From: Methanomicrobiales archaeon
GTDB lineage: Archaea > Halobacteriota > Methanomicrobia > Methanomicrobiales > Methanospirillaceae
Length of the DNA stretch: 23,020 nt
Assembly (NCBI GenBank): GCA_037137755.1
Contig: JBAXJR010000035.1
Coordinates: 1-23,020 of the forward strand
Reading direction: 5' to 3'
Below are positions 18,040 to 23,020 of this stretch, one piece after another. Below the pieces are notes generated by a model that was not told the DNA's origin, did no database searches, and saw only the letters and a list, made by a program, of their open reading frames with translations. The position numbers were made by a program, and so were the translations under genes. Position 1 is the stretch's first letter. Every line of letters begins with the position of its first letter.

Positions 18040-19377
18040 TTAGTTTATTTTTATCTTCTGCCCATTTGACATGATATGCACGTCATTATGGAGGGTATAA
18101 CCAATTCCCGCTGCAAATTCTGCGTAGGCAGATGTCATCCGGATATTCCCGTGCGCCGGGATGATATGTTGTGGGTTCAACAGGTGGATGAATTCATAAT
18201 GGTCCTCGCGATACGCATGCCCACTCACGTGGAGGTCTTCAAAAACCCTCGCCCCGGACATTCCAAGACGTGCTTCCACCATGTAGCGCTGGCCCCGGTT
18301 CATGGGGTTAGGAATAACTTTTGCTGAAAATATGACTTTATCACCTTTTTCAAGCTGGTACGGGGTGTCGCCAAGCGCCAGGCGCGTGAGGATTGACCCG
18401 GGTTCACCCTGGTGACCGGTAATGATGGGGAGGAATTTTTCCTTACCGGACTTCATAATCCGCCTCAGCATGCGGTCAACCGTCCTCCGCTCCCCGAACA
18501 TACTTACCGTATCTGGGAATGCAACGAGTTTCATCTGCTCGGCAATGGAACTGTAACGCTCCATTGACCGCCCAAGGAGTACGGGTTTCCTCCCAATCTC
18601 GTGGGCACACTCTGCAATGGTTTTTATCCTGGCGATATGCGATGAGAAGGTGGAGACAAGGATGGCATTTTTATCGTCCTCGTAGCTGGTGATGGTATCC
18701 CTTACAAGGTCCCTTGCAATCCGTTCACTTGGTGCACGCCCGCTATTCTCAACATAGGTACTCTCGACGATCAGCGCAATGACACCTTCTTTTCCGATCT
18801 GGGCAAGGCGGGCAAAATCAGGAGGCTCCCCAATCACCGGTGTGCGGTCCAGTTTATAATCACACGAATATACGATGGCCCCGTGTGGTGTATGAAGAAC
18901 CGGTATAACGGTATCAATAATACTGTGCTGCATCCTTACAAACTCAAGGACAAGGTTCTGTGAAAGTGTATACTTCTGGCCGGCCTTTAATGCGAATAAC
19001 TTGTTATTAACCCCGAATTTCTGTTCCCCCGAAATCTGCTGCCTTATTAACTCGGTAGTATAGGGTGTACTGATGATCGGGGCATTATAGCGGTGTGCAA
19101 GTTTTGGTATGGCTCCGATGTGGTCAAGGTGCCCGTGAGAACAGACAATTGCCTTGACACTCCCTTCAACGGTATTCATCACGGTATCGTCAGGGATTGC
19201 CTTCATCTGGATCAGGTCCAGAGAATGCATATTTTCCAACTCGGCATCCTCATGGATCATGACCTGGTCAAGCCGGAGACCCATATCGAAGATAACAATC
19301 TCTTTCCCGCAGCGGACGGCGGTCATATTCCTCCCGACCTCGTCATATCCGCCAACTGCAATAATTTCAATATCCAT
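18040..19377 (-). CDS. rnj: Ribonuclease J (beta-CASP metallo-beta-lactamase)
   Basis: 'GGYDEVGRNMT', 'SHGHLDHIGA', 'HSI', 'FSSHIAR', 'TGHQGEP', 'HVSGHA', 'PAHG'. Confidence 0.95.
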   Translation of the reverse strand: MDIEIIAVGGYDEVGRNMTAVRCGKEIVIFDMGLRLDQVMIHEDAELENMHSLDLIQMKAIPDDTVMNTVEGSVKAIVCSHGHLDHIGAIPKLAHRYNAPIISTPYTTELIRQQISGEQKFGVNNKLFALKAGQKYTLSQNLVLEFVRMQHSIIDTVIPVLHTPHGAIVYSCDYKLDRTPVIGEPPDFARLAQIGKEGVIALIVESTYVENSGRAPSERIARDLVRDTITSYEDDKNAILVSTFSSHIARIKTIAECAHEIGRKPVLLGRSMERYSSIAEQMKLVAFPDTVSMFGERRTVDRMLRRIMKSGKEKFLPIITGHQGEPGSILTRLALGDTPYQLEKGDKVIFSAKVIPNPMNRGQRYMVEARLGMSGARVFEDLHVSGHAYREDHYEFIHLLNPQHIIPAHGNIRMTSAYAEFAAGIGYTLHNDVHIMSNGQKIKIN

Positions 19378-20458
19378 TATATTCCTCCATTATACTGTCC
19401 ACCATCTCACGGATTTTCCCGGTAATAATTGCATGTTTTGCCTTAAGATCTGAGATAGTACGAGACCCGGTCAGGAACATCGCTACCCTGAACTGGTGCT
19501 CAATCGTATCAATCGCGTCGAACAACGCTTTTTCTCCTGCCAATGCAGGTTGTAAGAGTGGCAATGCCATTCCACAGAGGTCAGCCCCGAGCACAACGGA
19601 CTTTGCCATATCCACGCCACTCCTGATACCACCCGTGGCGATTATGGGCCCGCCAGTCCGGGATACATCACACAGGCTCACGACAGTGGGTATCCCCCAG
19701 TCTGTAAATTCCAGGCCAAGGCCGATCAGTCCCTTATCTCTCTCGCTTGGACTTTCCTCTGCCCTTATACCCTCAATTGCGGCCCAGGATGTACCACCCC
19801 AGCCGCCAATATCAATGGCCTTTGCACCTGCTCCAAAGACTGCACCGGCAGTCTCTGCTGAAATTCCACTCCCGGTTTCTTTTACGATTACCGGGTACTT
19901 AAAATCTTCACATAATGTCCTGAGTGCACCGAGGCACCCTGAAGCATCATGGTCTCCCTCGGGCTGGATTGCCTCCTGCAGAAAGTTGACATGGATGGCG
20001 ATGGCATCTGCCCGGATCATCGATACAGCACGGTCAGCCCATTCATTTCCATGGTCACGGAGCTGGACAATCCCGAGGTTCGCGACCAGGAAGGCATGGG
20101 GCGCTTCATCCCTTGCAACTGAAAATGTTTCTTCCAGGTCCGGGTTTTGAAGGGCGGCCCGTTGTGACCCCACACCCATCCCGATACCATACGTATGGGC
20201 AGCTCTTGCAAGGCGCCTGTTAACCTCAAGGGTCTCAGGGTGACCACCTGTCATCGCAGCGATGAACAGGGGGAATTTACACTGGTGCCCGAGAAACCGG
20301 GTCCCGGTATCTATCCGGTCCATGTTACATTCAGGCAGGGCATTATGGACAAGCCGGACATCATCAAACCCGGTGTACCCGCGTTCTATTGACTTATCGG
20401 TACATATGCGGAGATGGTCCAGTTTCCTCGAAGAGGTGAGTGATACAGGGTCAGACAT
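19367..20458 (-). CDS. fni: Type 2 (FMN-dependent) isopentenyl-diphosphate isomerase
   Basis: 'RKLDH', 'AMTGG', 'GVGSQR', 'NFLQEAIQPEGD', 'KETGSG', 'GGTSW', 'GGIRSGVD'. Start ATG 20458 behind GAGGGG (20464 possible). Confidence 0.96.
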   Translation of the reverse strand: MSDPVSLTSSRKLDHLRICTDKSIERGYTGFDDVRLVHNALPECNMDRIDTGTRFLGHQCKFPLFIAAMTGGHPETLEVNRRLARAAHTYGIGMGVGSQRAALQNPDLEETFSVARDEAPHAFLVANLGIVQLRDHGNEWADRAVSMIRADAIAIHVNFLQEAIQPEGDHDASGCLGALRTLCEDFKYPVIVKETGSGISAETAGAVFGAGAKAIDIGGWGGTSWAAIEGIRAEESPSERDKGLIGLGLEFTDWGIPTVVSLCDVSRTGGPIIATGGIRSGVDMAKSVVLGADLCGMALPLLQPALAGEKALFDAIDTIEHQFRVAMFLTGSRTISDLKAKHAIITGKIREMVDSIMEEYNGY

Positions 20459-21215
20459 GCACAAAACCCCTCACTTTTGTGCCGCCATGCGGCAGAGCAT
20501 CAAGAAAGTCGCCAATCCTTGAGACATGGAAGATATCTGACGGGATCCCCGCTTCGGCAAGCTGGCAAAGCTCTTTCACCTTTCCCCTCATCCCCCCGGT
20601 GACATCAGTATGACGTGAATCCCCAAGCAGGAGAGTATCTGCCATCGCAGGTGTGATCTCGGGCAGCACACGCCCATCACTGTACACACCCGGTACATCC
20701 GTGGCAAGTCCGATGCGCTGCATGCCAAGAGAGAGAGATAGTACCCTTACCAGCTGGTCACCTGATACCACACATGCGCCTGATGTACAATCCATAACCA
20801 TGTCCCCATGAAGGACCGGGACAATCCCAAGATCGAGCATGCATTCAAGCTGCCGGTACTCGCATGAGATGAGCCGCCCCTTATCCGCAATGCAGGCTGA
20901 AAGGGGCTGTACACCCACGGCTTCCACTCCTGATCCGCGTAACGCCCGGACGATAGAGTCATTCAGTCTTCTGACCGCCATGTGTGTAATAAATATCCCT
21001 TCACGATTTTCTGCAGAAACCCCGGAACTTACCCGGTACCGACTCGCTTCGGGGTGACCGCAGGAACCTGCGCCATGCACTATCACGAGTGATATCCCTT
21101 TCCGCTCGGCTATTGTTTCTGCGATCCATTCGATCTCGTCGGACCGGATGATGCCATCTGCAGCCTTATCAGTGATTACGCTGCCACCCAGTTTCAGGAG
21201 AACCCGTTCAGACAT
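20451..21215 (-). CDS. ipk: Isopentenyl phosphate kinase
   Basis: Amino-acid-kinase fold 'LKLGGSVITDK', 'VHGAGSCGH' (catalytic His), 'PVLHGD', 'SGD', 'DVTGGMRGK'; lies between mvk and fni. Confidence 0.93.
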   Translation of the reverse strand: MSERVLLKLGGSVITDKAADGIIRSDEIEWIAETIAERKGISLVIVHGAGSCGHPEASRYRVSSGVSAENREGIFITHMAVRRLNDSIVRALRGSGVEAVGVQPLSACIADKGRLISCEYRQLECMLDLGIVPVLHGDMVMDCTSGACVVSGDQLVRVLSLSLGMQRIGLATDVPGVYSDGRVLPEITPAMADTLLLGDSRHTDVTGGMRGKVKELCQLAEAGIPSDIFHVSRIGDFLDALPHGGTKVRGFVHV

Positions 21216-22077
21216 CCTTCTCCTTCCTCATCCCCTCGGTATCGATATTGGTAACAAAGGCACGTGCCTCGCATACCTCAATCGCGCTTGCAACACGGCT
21301 TTTCAGGTGCTTCGGGCATAACGCAACCATGCAGCCCCCACCACCGGCACCGGTAATTTTAGCCCCGTATGCACCTGCAGCCCTGGCAGACAGAACAAGC
21401 CGCGACAATGTGGGATGACCGACACCAAGCACATCGAGAAGCGAGTGGTTCATGTTCATCAGCCTCCCGAGCTGGACAGGATCGATCAGGTGATGCATCG
21501 CGCACATTGTTATCCCCCCGATCGCATCAAGGACAGGGTCACATATTTCCGGGTTTTTTTTCTTCAGGTCGGCAACCATCTCGACCATTTTTGATGTGCT
21601 GTGGGAGACCATGGAGTTCCCGATAACCATCTGGAAGCTTTCCGGTGGCAGGCGCCGTCTCGACGAACCCATGATGAAAACCAATCCCCCATAGGTGGAC
21701 ACCGTGGTGTCCGTAAGGCTGGCCCGCCCTTTCTGGACTTTCTTTTCAATATTAAAAGCCATTTCCGCGATCTGCTCCCGGGAATAGTTTATATCGAATT
21801 CGTCGTTGATCGCGGCAAGTGTTGCGACCGTGACTGCCGCTGAAGACCCGAGGCCCGATGAACTCGGTAGCTGGGAGTTGATGTACACGCTTCCTTTTAC
21901 CCCCATCTCATCAAAACAACTGTCAATATACGGAGATTTTGCAGGGTGAGCAGTCCTGCTTTTCCGGACGGTAACAAAAACGCGGGGCTTGATTGCCATT
22001 GCGATGGCAGGTTTCCCATATACCACTGCATGCTCACCGAATAGGAAAACCTTTCCGGGTGCACTCCATGTGACCAC
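21208..22077 (-). CDS. mvk: Mevalonate kinase
   Basis: 'SAPGKVFLFGEHAVVYG', GHMP loop 'PSSSGLGSSAA', 'KITGAGGGGC'; GTG start overlapping the upstream TAG. Confidence 0.96.
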   Translation of the reverse strand: MVTWSAPGKVFLFGEHAVVYGKPAIAMAIKPRVFVTVRKSRTAHPAKSPYIDSCFDEMGVKGSVYINSQLPSSSGLGSSAAVTVATLAAINDEFDINYSREQIAEMAFNIEKKVQKGRASLTDTTVSTYGGLVFIMGSSRRRLPPESFQMVIGNSMVSHSTSKMVEMVADLKKKNPEICDPVLDAIGGITMCAMHHLIDPVQLGRLMNMNHSLLDVLGVGHPTLSRLVLSARAAGAYGAKITGAGGGGCMVALCPKHLKSRVASAIEVCEARAFVTNIDTEGMRKEKDV

Positions 22078-22865
22078 TATATCACCGCGAGGGCTGCATA
22101 TCCCACAACAGCGGAATTATCCCCCGTAATGTCCCCGCTCGTGGCATAGTGGATTAATTCTGCTTTCCGGCCCCCGTCCATCTGGCACGCCAGGAGCATC
22201 GCGGAAATTGGCCCATAACCACATACCGTGATATTTCGTTCTCCGATACGACGGTAAAATTCAGGAATATCAAATGTGTTCAATGCCTCAATAGCATAGA
22301 GGTCATTGTTCCGTGCAACATCCGAAGGGACGTAATGAGAGAAATCTGATGATGCAATAATCCTGACATCCCGCCCCGTGCGCTTGACTGCACTGGTAAT
22401 CTGCTCCGACAATACCATTGCGCTCCTGTAATCCTGTCTTCCCATCATTACCGGTGTTATCCTTGCCCTTGGAAACCTGTACTTGATAAACGGGACCTGG
22501 ACTTCAAGGGAGTGCTCCTCCAGGTGTGAGATCTCATCAGGATCAATATTCAGGGCCTCACCTAATTCGGTGTCGTTGTCCACGATACCAAGTGGCGTCT
22601 CCCAGGGTACCATCGAAATGCATGTCTCAAAGCCGGGATGACTTGGGCCGACCAGGATAAATGTTCCGGAAAAACCGGGATTTATGGATGCATACGAAAG
22701 GGCAGCTACTCTCCCGGAATAGATATACCCGGCATGAGGTACGACGACCCCCTTCGAATTACGGCTGTTTCCGGCATCAGAAAAAAATTTAGCCAGCAGT
22801 TGTTCAAGGTGGTCCGGATCGCCTGGATAGAACATGCCTGATACAGCGCATGGACGCATCTTCAT
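22077..22865 (-). CDS. MEMO1 family protein
   Basis: 'RPCAVSGMFYP', 'PHAGYIYSG', 'GPSH', 'EHSLEVQVPF', 'SSDFSHY', 'CGYGP', 'VVGYA'; GAGGT RBS. Confidence 0.93.
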   Translation of the reverse strand: MKMRPCAVSGMFYPGDPDHLEQLLAKFFSDAGNSRNSKGVVVPHAGYIYSGRVAALSYASINPGFSGTFILVGPSHPGFETCISMVPWETPLGIVDNDTELGEALNIDPDEISHLEEHSLEVQVPFIKYRFPRARITPVMMGRQDYRSAMVLSEQITSAVKRTGRDVRIIASSDFSHYVPSDVARNNDLYAIEALNTFDIPEFYRRIGERNITVCGYGPISAMLLACQMDGGRKAELIHYATSGDITGDNSAVVGYAALAVI

Positions 22866-22894
22866 CGGACTAACCTCTTAAACTGATGGTATAT

Positions 22895-23020
22895 CTAGAA
22901 CTCGGTCTCGAAATCTTCAGGAGTGAGTGAGGTCGTAATTCCACGGAGCCGGAGCATCTCCCGTGTGAGGAGATAATAAATCATACCAAGTGCTTTCCGG
23001 CCCTTGTTGTTGGTCGGTAT
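22895..23020 (-). CDS. rpsB: 30S ribosomal protein S2, C-terminal 41 aa (truncated by window edge; absent from the ORF track)
   Basis: Manual translation: [41 protein letters not shown]; 'IPxNNKG' is the archaeal/eukaryotic uS2 motif, and rpsB normally precedes this cluster. Confidence 0.93.
   Translation of the reverse strand: MPTNNKGRKALGMIYYLLTREMLRLRGITTSLTPEDFETEF

Noticed and set aside
1-23020. CRISPR array, IS/transposase, integrase, inteins, tRNA/rRNA, recoded stops
   Set aside because: No spaced direct repeats or mobile-element ORFs seen; proteins have normal lengths and uninterrupted motifs; TAG stops fall at expected C-termini.

Overview
A housekeeping region of an archaeal chromosome. 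Gene content (F420 genes cofC/cofG/cofE-like, archaeal rpsB-MEMO1-mvk-ipk-fni-rnj-idsA-gltX string, Smc-ScpA) points to a methanogen, most likely Methanomicrobiales; this placement is an inference. Left to right: (-) scpA, smc and a small coiled-coil gene 15 nt upstream of smc, with no scpB; (+) tightly coupled glyA-folD-folP-cofE-like operon; (-) AhpE-type peroxiredoxin; divergent cofC / cofG-purC; a stand-alone ferredoxin:thioredoxin reductase catalytic-type gene; a ~180-nt hairpin-dense intergenic segment (candidate ncRNA); (-) UbiB/ABC1 kinase, gltX, and the mevalonate/isoprenoid cluster with RNase J, MEMO1 and the 3' end of rpsB. No transposase, integrase, CRISPR array, tRNA or rRNA is recognisable. 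Best leads: (1) the unnamed coiled-coil protein heading a kite-less smc-scpA operon, (2) a folate module in which a CofE-fold ligase may replace FolC, (3) the unannotated structured RNA at ~13260-13440. All family calls come from motif recognition, not database searches.
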